A DNA stretch of 64,000 nt. It comes from Lama glama. Lineage: Eukaryota. Below, piece by piece: positions 1 to 13,300 of this stretch. The notes under the pieces are model-generated. The model did not search any database. It saw only the letters and a program-made list of their open reading frames with translations, and was not told the DNA's origin. Made by a program: the position numbers and the translations under genes. Location of the stretch: the NCBI GenBank assembly GCA_028534125.1, contig CM052817.1, positions 34,846,001 to 34,910,000 on the forward strand. The letters are read 5' to 3'. The stretch's first letter is position 1. Every line of letters starts with the position of its first letter.

Positions 1-1120
1 ATTTGCAATTTTCCTAGGTACCGATAATTACTAAAAATGTACAGAATTGAAATAATGGAATTACACAATGCAACTTTTTAACATGAGTATGTTTGCATGA
101 GAAGGAAAATGTTGCCCAAAGTATTTGCTTATTGAATCCTTCCTCTACTCTTTATGATCTTTAGAAAATGTTACTGTTGGTTGTTCTGGGCATTCTGTAG
201 AGCATACAATATTAAAAATACTAAAATTATAGAGCTGGAAAGAAGTTTAGATAATTCAGTTCTCTCATTTTACATTTGAGGCTAATAGGAACCAGAAAGT
301 CCCTATAGTTGAGGAATCTGAGCAAAAAGAAAGTTCACTTTTTAGGTAGGGATATGAAATCACTCTGTGTCCTTGGACACTCACACTATACATGAAAGAA
401 GACTGACAACTTCAATCTTCACGTTTTTTCATTGTAAAGAAAAGTGGAAAAAAATAGTATTTTGTGGAGAACACTTGTCTCTTAAATACATCATTGAGTC
501 TTAGCATTTATTTTTAGATGGAATGAAACTTCTCCATTGCTGCTTTGGGAAAACAATGTGGATCAATTTCACATTAAATGTGCCAATAGCATACACATAT
601 ATAGGATATTGGATTGTAAATTACAAAAACGGAAACCAATTAATAAAAGCTATGATGTGCCAAAGAAATTGTTACCATTAAACATTTGTAGAGCTTAGGG
701 TGTTCGCAAAATATCTGTCATTTGCATAACTGCAATTTCCACACTTCCTAATAATGAAATTTCTTCTTGAAAGTTGATAAAAATATAAAGCACTTTTAAG
801 AGCTATGAATTTCATATACACTTAACAATGTTGTACATTCTAAACAGTCTATACTAGTGTTAAGGTAAAAAAGGATAAAAATTTATATTTCTATCAGGAA
901 CAAAACAAAGTAGGTGAAAAAGTTCATTCAAATAAACTTTTGACTGATAAACCATTTTTTCTAACATGTTCAGTGACTGATCTGAGACAACAGAAAACTA
1001 CAAATTAAATGTTTAATTCTGCACTATTGGAAATAATAAAGCACTGTAGAGATTCCTCAATAAAGGCAATGTAATATTTAGTGTATCACATGCATCATAT
1101 ATGGCTTAGGCTAGAGTGTA

Positions 1121-1980
1121 TGTGTGAGATAATAGAAAATACAGATTGGTCTCTGTGCCTGGTTCCTAATACAGTGCTCCCCACACCCTTGTAAATTCCT
1201 AAGTGATAAGAGCACTAGAGGCATCTTTTGCTCTAATGAAGCGACTCTGGGTGGGCTCCTGGATGGGGTGTGGGGCCTGGTCACCAGAAAGACCAAGTCA
1301 TACATAGAAGCTTGGAATTTTTAGGCCTGCTCCCCCTTACCCACCACTTCTCCAGAGAGGGGAGAGGGGGTAGAAATGGAGTTAATAATTGATCATGCCT
1401 ATGTGGGGAAGCCTCCATAACCCTAATAGCATGGTTTGGAGAGCTTCGAACTGAGTGAAGTCATACACCTATGGGAAGGGTGATGTACCTGAGTTCCATG
1501 GGGACGGGAGTTTCTGTGGTGGCACTCCCAGACCTCTCCCTATGTACCTCTTCATCTGGTGTTCATCTGTATTCTTTATCTTAGCCTTTACTAAACTGGT
1601 AAACATAAGTATGTTTTCCCCTGAGTACTTTGAGCTATTACAGCAAATAATCAAATCAAAGGGGAAGAGGGTGATGGGAAATCAAACAAGTTGTGGGTAA
1701 CCTCGGGACCTGCTGCTTGGGATTGGCATCTGAAGTAAGGTGGGAGCAGTCTCCTGGGACTGAGCCCTTAACCTCTGGGATCTGACCCCATCTCCAGGTA
1801 GACAGTGTTAGAATTGAGTTAAATCGTAGAATACCCAGCTGGTGCTGTAGAGAATTGCTTGGTGTGGGGAAAAACTTCCACACATTTGGTGACCAGAAGT
1901 GAAATGTTTTCTGTGAGTAGCAAAGGAGAAACACAGGAGAAAAAGGAGAACTGTACGTTTATCCAATGCACTGTTTCTCT
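1121..1980 (+). mobile_element. Solo LTR, MER21-like (ERVL class)
   Basis: Motifs 'ggtctctgtgcctggttcct', 'ggcctggtcaccagaaagaccaag' and 'acacatttggtgaccagaagtg' resemble the recalled MER21 consensus. Boundaries are approximate. Confidence 0.65.
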
Positions 1981-2449
1981 CCTAGGGCCCTTCATGCTTG
2001 AGCGTCTCTTGAAAGACAATGGAACTCATCATAAACTTTTAAACTTGTTATTCTTTTCTCTCCAAGAAAATATAAAAAGGCAACCTCCTCCATTTGTATT
2101 TTCTCCCAACTGCATATTGCTGTAGAGATTCCATATATTTCTGGTGTAATTCCATTCTGAGGCCCTCTTAATGGCGCGGCCCTGTGAAAAATGTAGAGGA
2201 CCAGTTCATTCGGGGCAGTTGCTGGATGACACTGTAAGCACTTAAAAACAACTCAGGTGTATTTAACCTCCTTTCCTGGGACATTTAAAGAAAACGAGGC
2301 TATTTTGTTGTTAAGTTGCCCCACCAAAACGAGCAATAATATATCAGTCTAGTAAAAGACCTGGCCTTCTAAGCCATCAGTACCATCTATCCTCGAATCT
2401 GCTCGGCTTCCACTGCCCACTTCCCTAAGGTTCCGCTTGTGGTTTTTTA

Positions 2450-3450
2450 ACCCATGTCCTAACAGCTTTTTCCAAGAGGACCCAGATGGCAGTCGGTAAA
2501 CGAGCCTGACTCGGGGGTGGGCTGGGGTGAGGGTGGGGTTGGGTTTGCGGTCCTCTTCCCACCTGGGCTCGCGGCTGGGGAGCTGAACGCCCAGCGTAGG
2601 ACCGGGCGTCTCCTGGATCCAGACTCAGGGTGCACAGCGAGGTCGAGAGGCAGGAACTCGTCTATAGAAAGAAGCATTTGCGTACGTGACACCGTTTCTC
2701 AAACTTGCACCCGAGGGCACCTCCCTGCAGCTGGCTACCCCGAGGGTCTCCCTGACCCCCGCTAAGTTTATTTTAAAGTCGTGTATTATTTTAAGATTGC
2801 ATGTAAATGATACATTTACTTCCACAGCCTATACTTACTAGTTTCAATATAAAATTAAGAGTTCCATTTCCCCCACCTCCACGCACTCATTTCCTTTCTA
2901 GCTGCAACGCCAGGCTTGCGGCCCCTTCCCCACATCCCACCCCCACCCCCAATCCGGGCTCATTGCGCGGGGCGCGGTCGGGTCGTGGTCGGGGCGAGGG
3001 GTCGCATTTTGCGGAGCCCCAGGGGAGGAAACCTAAAGGGTCTTCAGCCCGAGAGGCGGGGCCATGGGCGTGTCCTCCCCAGACCCCCGCCCACCCTGCC
3101 GCCTCCCGTGAGGCCGCGAGCGCGCGGCGTCCCAGAGGACGGCGAGTCCGGAAGCTCGCAGGTGGCCGCGCCCGGGTGGCCGAGGGGAAGGCCCTGGGGG
3201 GCGGCCTGAATCCTGGCGCGCGTTTGCGGACTGACCCTGTGCGTGACAAGGTAACGGCCGCTCAGGAGCCCGCCTGCAGGAGCCGGGGCCGCTTCTCCCG
3301 CAGGGGCTACTCGGTGTGCTGGTTCCGAAAAGCCGCGGGCGCAGAGGTGAGCCAGCCATCGCTGAGGCCCGCCTCTTCCTCGAATTCGCTGGCATTGCTT
3401 AGCGAGGATAATTGTCGCCTTCCTTTTCCTGGGAACCGTGTCTAGTAGCC
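2450..3450. promoter_or_regulatory. CpG island, putative promoter with no coding exon attached
   Basis: Dense CpG/GC in an AT-rich background. Contains GC boxes, an ETS-like CCGGAAG (~3148-3154) and 5' splice donors AAG|GTAACG (GT 3251) and GAG|GTGAGC (GT 3347). Confidence 0.75.
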
Positions 3451-3546
3451 TACTGACCCATCCTGCTTTCTTTAGTCAGCTATGAGTAAGAGATGTCAAT
3501 TTGGTTTCCAAAATTAGGAGATAGAACCGGGGTAGGAATCTAGATT

Positions 3547-4046
3547 NNNNNNNNNNNNNNNNNNNNNNNNNNNNNNNNNNNNNNNNNNNNNNNNNNNNNN
3601 NNNNNNNNNNNNNNNNNNNNNNNNNNNNNNNNNNNNNNNNNNNNNNNNNNNNNNNNNNNNNNNNNNNNNNNNNNNNNNNNNNNNNNNNNNNNNNNNNNNN
3701 NNNNNNNNNNNNNNNNNNNNNNNNNNNNNNNNNNNNNNNNNNNNNNNNNNNNNNNNNNNNNNNNNNNNNNNNNNNNNNNNNNNNNNNNNNNNNNNNNNNN
3801 NNNNNNNNNNNNNNNNNNNNNNNNNNNNNNNNNNNNNNNNNNNNNNNNNNNNNNNNNNNNNNNNNNNNNNNNNNNNNNNNNNNNNNNNNNNNNNNNNNNN
3901 NNNNNNNNNNNNNNNNNNNNNNNNNNNNNNNNNNNNNNNNNNNNNNNNNNNNNNNNNNNNNNNNNNNNNNNNNNNNNNNNNNNNNNNNNNNNNNNNNNNN
4001 NNNNNNNNNNNNNNNNNNNNNNNNNNNNNNNNNNNNNNNNNNNNNN
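3547..4046. other. Assembly gap (500 N)
   Basis: Run of N seen directly. It is followed by an L1 3' tail, so the gap probably hides the body of an L1. Confidence 0.99.
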
Positions 4047-4147
4047 ACTGGAATTTGACACAACATTGTAAAATGACTATAACTCAATAAAACAATGTTT
4101 AAAAATAATAAAAAATAAAAGTTTTGAAAACCAAAAAAAAAAAAAAA
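4047..4147 (+). mobile_element. Young L1 3' end with poly(A)
   Basis: 'actggaatttgacacaacattgtaaaatgactataactcaataaaa' followed by an A-rich tail. Near-identical to the L1 tail at 35261-35319. Confidence 0.85.
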
Positions 4148-4299
4148 GAAAAGGCAGTTGGAAAAATGGCTGAGACAAGAAAATGGTACCTTTATTTACA
4201 GATTAAAATGTCCTAAGAGAGATAGCTACAACTTTGTAGCAAAGTTTTAAAATACTACTCAGGGTCACTTTGGAACAAGGCAGCATGACCCCATGGTTC

Positions 4300-4530
4300 T
4301 GAGCACAAATCATAGAGCAAGACTGTGGGCATTCAAACCCGGTCTCACTACAATGTGACATGGGGCAAGTAAGTGGTGACATGTGCAAAAGTTTTCTCAT
4401 ATGTAAAATTTGAATAACAATAATAGATATCTCATAGAATTGGTGGGAAGATTAAATAAGCTAATGTTTGTAAAGCTCTTTGAATGGCTCCTGGCATATA
4501 GTAAGCACTCTATGATTATTTAGCATCTAC
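4300..4530. mobile_element. MIR SINE fragment
   Basis: 'ttcaaacccggtctcacta...tgtgacatggggcaagt...ctcatatgtaaaat...aagattaaat' matches the MIR core. Confidence 0.6.
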
Positions 4531-5419
4531 TACAAATTTGTTATTATTAATTGGATATCAAGTAATGTGACTTTCTCACCATTAACTAGTTCAAAATCCC
4601 TTTATCTCCAAAACAAGAAAAAAAATGTTTGGAAACATTTGTCTAACTTGCTATATATATTTTAGCACCTATAAAAGAGGCCATTTTATAAAAATTATTT
4701 TATTTTTACTAACTTCTGACACTGAAGTAGTTTCTTTATGAACATAAATCATGTACTCAGTGGAACCAAGTGAACCCAAACAAAAACTTGTTCTTGGTGA
4801 TATTCTAGAGCATACAGAAGAAAATACAAATCTTTCCTTTATAATCTTTCTTTGAATGTTTGTTAAATTGTATGGAAAGAAAAACTCTTCCCTGAAGACG
4901 GATTTGTGTACATATCTTGTCAGAGGAATATATTTTTCATAGCCTACTTTTAGAAGGAAACTGCCTCTGTAAATCCAATGTTTTAAAATGACACTGGAGT
5001 ATTCTGAGCAAGAAATGTACTCCCTCTCTGGCTGAGTCAGAGAAATCCTCTCCTAATGAGGACTCTGGCACTGACTGTGAACCACTGAAGCCTTCCTATT
5101 GTGACACACTCTGCAGTATGAGTGATAAACTAAAGTCTGAGATAGAGTCTCCCAGCGAGTCCTTGTTGGTGAATGTCAGGATGTCAGGGAAGAGTGGGCA
5201 CAAAAAGAAGGAACTGCATTTCTTCTCCTTTCAGGGATAGGGCTGTCCTAGTCTCTGATAACTCTTACCACAGTCAGAGTGATGGGACTACCTGGAGTAT
5301 CCATAACTGGAAGAAAACAAATAGAAACAAGAGAAAACACCTTACAAAGTACATGCATTTGGAATTTAAATTATCAAAGTGTATACACACACACACACAC
5401 ACACCAGACATACGCACAC

Positions 5420-5768
5420 TGTCTTAGTCTGTTTGGGCTGCTATAACAATCTCATAGACTGAGGGGCTTAAACAATAGAAATTTCTCTCTCACAGTTCTG
5501 GAGGCTCGGAAGTTTAAGTTCAAGGTGCCAACAGATTCAGTGTCTGGTGACAGCCTACTTCTTGGTTCTTTTCCCTGTGTCCTCCTCACAGAAGGGGCAA
5601 GGGAGCTCCCTGGGGTCTCTTTTATAAGGACACTAATCCCATTCATGAGGGCTCCATCCTCATGACCTAATCACCTCCCAAAGGTCTCCCCTTCTGGTCC
5701 TATCACATTGGGGGTTAGAATTTCAACAGATGAATTTATGGAGTGGGGCACATAAACATTCAGTCTAT
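5420..5768 (-). mobile_element. MaLR LTR (MLT1A-like)
   Basis: Starts 'tgtcttagtctgtttgggctgctataac' and contains 'cctcatgacctaatcacctcccaaagg'. Flanked by (CA)n tracts. Confidence 0.8.
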
Positions 5769-7856
5769 CTTTGATTGCACACCCCCACACACACACACAC
5801 ACACGATGTTCCTAAACTGAATTACCAAGGAAGTACCTTGATTAAAGAACAAATATTTCCTGGATTAAATAAAATATGATACAGTAATAGAATTTTTTGC
5901 GTGTAAAAAGATTAAATATTTTGACACCAACATTGTCCTGATTCCTACAAATAAAAGTTTAAGTAATGCAATATTAGAAGTGGCGTTTTTCAGTCGGGCG
6001 TATAATCACACATAAAAAGGCGTCAAGTTTAGGATCTATGAATGAAGATTTAGTCACAATAACATTTTACTACTAAAGACATTCTTACCAAAGAGAGAAG
6101 CAATAAATGTGGGACAGAGATGCATCATCTCCTATGTCAAGTTTTAAGGAGGGCTACCATGTTTCCATAGGATACTCTATTTCCTAAGAGGGAAAATGGG
6201 GACAATCATGTATCTCTTAGCTTTGCCAGAAGATTAAGCAATGTATAATGCAAAGGACAACACACACATTCTGGCATTGATTCCTGGTAAATAAATAGTA
6301 TTTCCCCTCCTCTCCTGAAGGTCACTCCAGGACTTAGTAACGTGAGGGTGGACACAAACACAGCATTTCGCTGAAGCAAAAGGGCTTTGGGATGTGAGTC
6401 TGAAAGAAGACACAAAGTTGGGGCCCAGCCTGGATTCACCGTGTTTATCACTACCTCCTCATTACACCTACAGAGCGGCCCTGAGAAGAGCAGAACTTTG
6501 GTCAACAAACTCCCAAACAGGCCAAGTTTGTAATTCCAGAAAACCAATGAGCTGCCTGAGCCCTGAGCTCTGTGAGGACCTTCCCACCTATCACCTGTGA
6601 ACGTACACAAGGGTGAATCTTACCATCATTTGAACACTGTGATCTTGTTACTTATGGGCAGGTGGGACACTTACTCCCAGATTTATCAAGCAGTAAATAA
6701 TTCTCTGGTTGCAAGAGAATGTAAAATTTTTAAAGACCATGTTGGGAAGTGATTAAAGCAAGATTCCAAAACTGAAAATTAAAAGAATAATAGTTTCTTG
6801 GTCTCTGAAAAGAAAAGTAGTAAGAATAAAATAGATCTGGACTGTTTATAGACTTTAAAACTGTAGTCTGCTCCTGTAGTTGTGGTCTTTGAGAATCCAG
6901 GCTTCCTGTCCTCAGTTAACACAAAGGATCATTAATCTGTGAGTCTTATATGCAGGGAAGTCTTTTCTTCTGAGTAATTTTCCTCCCTATATACCCGCTA
7001 GGCTGTATCTACACACACAAGCTTCATTACTTTATCCAGGATGATGGACTAACAGAGCCTCATCAGTGAAACAGTGGATTTTAAAAATTCCTTTCCTGTA
7101 GGAAATGTATTTAGGAGATGCTGGCGTTTTAAAAATAAGTGTTTCCATAAATATGTCACTTTTTATGGTTTTCTCCTCATCCCACTGACAATTCTATAGC
7201 ATTTCAGAAAGTAAGTTTACAGACTAGAATAACCTTTGGCTATGAGGAAAGACTGTTGTAATAGTCCTATTAAATATCTTAACGAACGTTTTTTGGGGGG
7301 GTCTATTTGTTATTTTTCTAGCACTTCTTCTGTTGATGTTAGTTTCCAAAGGGTTGGTACTGTATTCCTCTTAACTGACGAAGAAATTAGGGTCTCTAAA
7401 AATCTTCCTTATTTTCACTTTCAATGAATTGTCATTTGTACTTCTTTTAAGGTTAAATCCTTCAATTCTTATTCATGGAGATAATATTTTGATAGATTGT
7501 TCTTACAAGTTATTTGGAACCTTAAAAGAGACATTTATTAGCATTTTAACATGACTTTTCCCCTATGACTGTCAATCAAATTGATACTATAAGAATATTC
7601 AAACTAATTGGCAAATCATTTCTGAACACCCTTAACTGATAGCAAATTAAAAGGTCCTATGTCAATCCCTGAACCTCTGATTTCAATGTTGCTTAAGACC
7701 ACCCTGGAATACATAGCCACTCTTAAGAACGTCCAGAGGAAGTTGTAGCATCTCCTTCAGAAGTGCTTTTGAGATGCTCACAACTAAAGTCCATGTGTTC
7801 ATGGCAATTAAGAGCAAATGGATATTGATACAGGATAAGTGACTGGTAAGACTAAT

Positions 7857-8357
7857 GCTGGAGCCCAGGGAAGGATGCCCCAAAGTGTACCTCAATGGCA
7901 TATTGGTTATTTTGAATTAAAGTGACTTGAGAAACAGCCAGTGGGAAAAATGACATTAAAAAAACCCATTCTGACTCCCTTTTTCCCCCCTGAAGGCAGG
8001 AAATCTGCCATGAGGAAGTATCCTCCCTACCCCAGGAGGAGAGAAAGCATCCCGATCACCAGTCAGGGAATTCAAGGTTAAGAAAGCTGTGTAGACAAAC
8101 TATATTATTCTTCATAAATCTGCTGCCCTAAGCACAAGCCCCTTTGTTTTGTTAAATCTTCACAAATAATTTTTTTTGTCTGAAAATGATATATAAACAG
8201 CCTGTTCTGGCCACTGTGGGAGTTCCAGATCTATGAGACCTCCGTGTGCATGAATTACATTGGCCTTTTCTCCTGTTAATCTGTCTTCTGTCCACTTAAT
8301 TATTAGACCAGCCCAGTAGAACTCAAGAGGGTAAGAGGAAATTCTCCCCTCCCCACC
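7857..8357 (+). mobile_element. Solo LTR, MER34/MER39-like (ERV1 class)
   Basis: 5' 'gccccaaagtgtacctcaatggcatattggttattttgaattaaag' and 3' 'ttttctcctgttaatctgtct...gaggaaattctcccctcccc' resemble the recalled MER34-group consensus. Confidence 0.6.
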
Positions 8358-10271
8358 ACCGCTACCACACTAACAACTGTGCCTTCCAGCTGTGAGGATA
8401 AATCACTGCAAAATCAACTATGTGAAATAAAAAGAAGTCATTCTAAGACTTTGATTCACTTATTTGTTCTTTTACTAAATAGTTACAAATAAGCTGAATG
8501 AATAAATGAATGCAAGAATGCCTGTGACGTGGTAGTCACTGTGCATCATGTAGCCCGAAAGAATGGCAAACGGGAAAAACATGGCTCCGGCCTTTATGAA
8601 ACTTACAGTCTAGGAGGGGAGAAAAACAGAAAGCAAAGAAGCACATAAGCAAATATCTAATTAAATTTCAGTGACAGTATTGCTGATGAGTTGTTCTGAT
8701 TTTCTATCCCAGTCTTTTTTCTCCATAGGAAGACTAAAACACCCAGGAAATTTTTTAAGTAAAAGCTGAAAATAGTTCTCTGAAAACCTACCTCCTATGA
8801 TGTGAGCCCATTTACACATTCCCTGGATCAAAGTGGAAAGTAGTTGTGTCATATTGACTCCACCTTCTGCCTTTCGCATCCAATTAGGTGCCACAGCTTA
8901 TTCATTTTATCATCCAAATACATCTTACATTCATTTACTTGTCTCCATTTTCCATACCCAAAAGCATAGTACTAGTTCTCTGGTCCTCTTACCCAAATTA
9001 TTCTAATAGATCCCCAGAATCACAAACAGAATAGGAGATATTAAAGTAAGAAAAGAACCTAGAGATCACTCTTCAGGTAAGGAAACAGGCTCAGAAAGGC
9101 AAATGTCTCACCCAGGCCCCCACAATTCAGCCTAGCCACAGACATGTCACTAATTTTTCTTAGAGGAGCCACAAAAGATGCTACTGGCTGCCTGCTTTAC
9201 AGTCACTCTTTTCTCTCTTACTTACTCGCACACCTTCTAAAACTTAGGCAAACTGGGCTACATGCTGTCCTCCCAAACACCCCCTGTGCTTTACTGATCA
9301 GGGTTGTCATTCACAGCATTCCTTTCACAGAATAGGCTCCTCCACTTTCATACTCACCTCTCATCCTTCAAGCTCCAGATCCTCCCCCATAGCACTGTAT
9401 CTGACACTTTCCAGGTACAAATATCTTTTCTGTATTTCCTTTTCTTTTGTGCCATTTATGACTTTTAAACATTTATGATAATTATTTAGTGTACTCATCC
9501 CTATCAGATTATTAGCTTCCTGAGGATAGGAAATTCACCCTCCCAGAAACATGCTTTGCCCTAGTAGGTACCAAGTAAATTTTTCTTTGTGAGTAAAGGA
9601 AGAAATAGCACTAAAGTGAGCTCATTTTAAAAGTAATTCGGACCAGGAGTTGGTGCTGACTCTCATGGAAACAAAGGTCTGAATGAGCTGCAGGAGGGGA
9701 AAGAAAGGAGGGAAAGAGACTTGTTGGAAGTGTCAGGAACAAGCACAGATGCTTTTTCTCTTGCCGATGATAGCAAAGTTCTTAATGGAAGATGATCCCA
9801 ATCAATAGAGCCAGACAGCTGATTTATATAATGGAATCAAGCTGAAGTAGTGGTCTTCCTCTGCAGAGTGATGCGATAGGGGAAAAGGCTACTAGACTAG
9901 GGAAACCAGGTGACTCCACAAGTGTATCTGCTGATGTTCATAAATATGTTCCCCACCAACAAACCACAGGAGAGCTCCAGAGAGCAGCCTCCTTGAGCCT
10001 GGATGCTGGAGAGTGACGGTGGGGCTGGTGCGGCTGCTGTATTTTGGCTGCTGCCTCTGCTGCTGCCACTGAGCAGATACCGCAGTGAGGGGTCTGACCG
10101 CGCTGAGTGCTCTCAGGAGCGTGGGTCTGGCTAGGAACGAGAAGTTAAGAGTCAGGGTTGGGAGGTGGGCGGGACTCACCAAGGAGCTGCGGACCAAAAC
10201 AAGAAATCTAGGGAGCAGGAGAGGAAGAGTGAGCTGGAGCCAAGATCGCAGGCCAAGTGGAAGTGGAGGAA

Positions 10272-10392
10272 ATGTCATCATTGGTAAAGGAGGACTTGGA
10301 GAAGAAACTGTTTAAGCCACTCTCGCAGAATCTGTACGAGTTTATTGAAATAGAGGTCTCGGTCCAGGACAGGTATTATCTCTGTGTGTCAG
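10272..10392 (+). CDS. EXOC1L: EXOC1-like protein, coding exon 1 ([14 protein letters not shown]...YYLCVS, phase 1)
   Basis: ATG at 10272, donor CAG|GTAATC at 10393; 121 nt. Homologous to the EXOC1 first coding exon. Confidence 0.95.
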
Positions 10393-13300
10393 GTAATCTG
10401 TGCTTTCTGTTATCATTCCAAAATGTAAATAACCCAAAGACGCTTGGGTGATAGAGGGACAGTTTTTTTGATGCTTCTTTTTGTATGCAAATAACAGCAC
10501 GTGTATCTTCTTGTAATGGAACTTAACTACACCAAGATTAACAGTTTGGAATCGACAGGATTTTTTTTTTTTTAGGTGCTAAAATGAAAGGCAAAAAATA
10601 TTGTCAAGAATGTTTGGGTTAATTGTTCAGAAATGAAACTGGGTATATACTTTTCCTGATTTGATTATTTAGTCTCCAGTCTCTCATTTAATTCACTTGC
10701 ATGGCATGCAATTTTATTGTGTAAGAGCTCATTTTAAAAAATTCAACAGAGAGCTTTCTGTATATTTTTAAACATATTGGAGAATTGAGCTGTACAGCTC
10801 TGTTTCCAACCCGTCTGGACAACTAGGGTTCTCTCTTTTCATGCTAGGAAAGAAAAATAGACCTTAGATTTTCTTCCGAGGTTTATTTAGACTTCCTGGG
10901 GCTTATTGTGAAAAGAGAAATTATCTTTTAAAAATTCCTTCTCACAGTATGCTCACAGAAACAATATTTTAATGGCAGAAGTTAGTTCATGAAATGGAAG
11001 TTTAAGGATAAGGAAATGTTCTCTAAACTACTTAACTACAATGAGGATTTTCCCTTATGTTTTGAAAATGTGTGAAAGTTGTCCAAAAGTAAGGAATAGG
11101 CTTTTGCACTTAATTATTGTTTGTCTTACCTGTAATTTTTGTGTGGAATTCAGACAGAAATGCTTGTGCATTTCAAAAGTTGTGCCATTATTGAATTTAA
11201 TATACAGCATTCCTTTTTCCCAGTCTATGCTTTTTAATACTTGTCAGGGGCTTAGGAAGAAAAAGCTTAGAGACTATGGTTTCACTGTAGACTTGGCTTT
11301 TTAAGGTACACCATTCTGCATCTTCAGAAAACTTCCTATAATTCCCTTCCTGATAATTTGCTTAGAAGAACTTTCAAAAGTTGTCAAATGGGAGTACTGC
11401 AGAGGGGAATAGAACACCTTTAAAGAAAGTGCTAAGAATTCTTTAAAATTCTGGAATCCTTATAAGTATACCAATATTTACTTAATAATAAGAATAGTAA
11501 CATTTATCTAATACTCTACCTAGCATATTTTGCTATATAAATGAAAGTGTGGGGCTTGGTATATGAGCAAGGTAAAAAACTTAATCAGTCCAGAGAAAAG
11601 AAAGAAATCAAATTATAGGAAAAGGTCAAGTGAAACAATTTCAACTGTATTATATTCAAACCACTGTATCTTAAAGTATTTTGACCTAATATATTAGAGA
11701 ATATGCTTATTCCAACATGAAAACTTAATAATTTTATATCTATTGTAATCCTACTTGAGAAAGCTAATTACTCATCAGGTAACATTAGTGTATAAGTATT
11801 TTTTAAAGAAAACCTTATAAAAAGTAAAACAATCACAATAATGTATATGTATTTACCAGGCATTTTTTTATTTCCATCTAACTTAACCAGATGTATCTTA
11901 ATGCCCCCCCTCCAACTATATAATTAACTAAACTTGTTCTATCTGGCATGGGGGAGGGAAATGGTCTTAGAATTAAATTTTGGGAAATGGATGTGATTTT
12001 TTCCCCAGTATCCTCAAGTCCTGAGAAGGACACTGTGGGCTGGGATCAGCTGCTGTCTTTTTCATAAATGACGTGAATCCTTTCAACTAGGATTAGAAGA
12101 TCAAGGGGTTTGCATTGTTAGCATGTGTGAAGGCAACCTCTTAGGGTTCAATGTTCTCACCTGGAAAATGATCAAATAAAATAGGTGATAGCTTTCATTA
12201 GTAAAATTCAGTGATTCTATCATGTAAGAAGCAAGAAAAAAACAAGGTCCTCTCAGGTGTGAGGAAGAGAAGACAAAAGTGTGATATTCCAGGTAAAAGT
12301 TAACCTTATAAGTCAGGTTCATTTACTAACTTCATGACTCTCATCTATATCACATCTGTCAATTTGAGAGCACTTTCCCCAAAAGTAGCATCTCTTTATG
12401 ACCATTTCAAATGCATTTAGACAGAACAGTTATCTAAAACAAAGTCAGTGTGATGCTTGCTAGAGCTAAATCTTTGACCACACTTTACTCAGAAAATCTC
12501 CGTGGATAGGACTCATCACAACTGCTGAGGCAGGTAACTCCAGATTTTGAATATTGGTCACCTTCTGGGAGTAGACAGACATGTACTTATGATTTCCTCT
12601 TTATATCCTATAATCCACCAGTTCTAAATCTGTGAGAATCAAGAGTCTAGAGCAGTTAAATACCATCATGCATTTTTCAAATTAAAGAAGATATGTTTAA
12701 ATAAGTTAAACTTTCTATTTATTGATCAGAGTCTCTCTTTTGCAAGGGTCTCACAACCAGATGATTGTGATTTACTGTTACCTTGATACCTTACTTGGCT
12801 CGTGTCAAAAAGCATACCTCCTAAATTCAATCTCCCTCTCTATAGTTTGCTAGGATTTAAACTGAGGATTTCCTGGCACCTCAGTCACCTCCCACCTTAG
12901 GGTCTGCATGGTCATTTCCCTTTGGAATTAGCTTCCCCTAACCTAGAACATCATTATCTCTGGCAGTTAAAAGCAGCATCTTCTTATGAAGGATAGAGGA
13001 GCTCTATTCTGTGAGAGTGCAAATGAATTAAAGAAATTCTGAGGGACTTGAAATTGCACATAAAGCATCAGTCATAATTGGATGGGAAGTAGCAGGGTGT
13101 GGTGAAACAGACCTTGGAATGCCAGTAATCAGGCAGATCTGGTGTAAAATATGACTCTGCTTCGCCCTCCTGCCAGCTGCGAAGTATGGGGCAACACTCT
13201 GGTCTCAGTGTTGTCCTCTCTGGAACGGAACTAGTAACACCTAATCTGCACTTAGTGCTCTCCTGTTAAATCCTAACTAGGAGAAAAAACAAACACAATA

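Noticed and set aside
2807..3445. 212-aa ORF and overlapping 97-120 aa ORFs
   Set aside because: Arg/Pro/Gly/Ala-rich ORFs on both strands are a by-product of stop-poor CpG-island DNA, and no recognisable protein is encoded.
3476..4087. Long minus-strand ORFs
   Set aside because: Artefacts of the 500-N gap.
9639..9660. REST/RE1 site upstream of EXOC1L
   Set aside because: Only the TCAGCACC half-site is present (minus strand); the GGACAG half is missing at the expected spacing and orientation.
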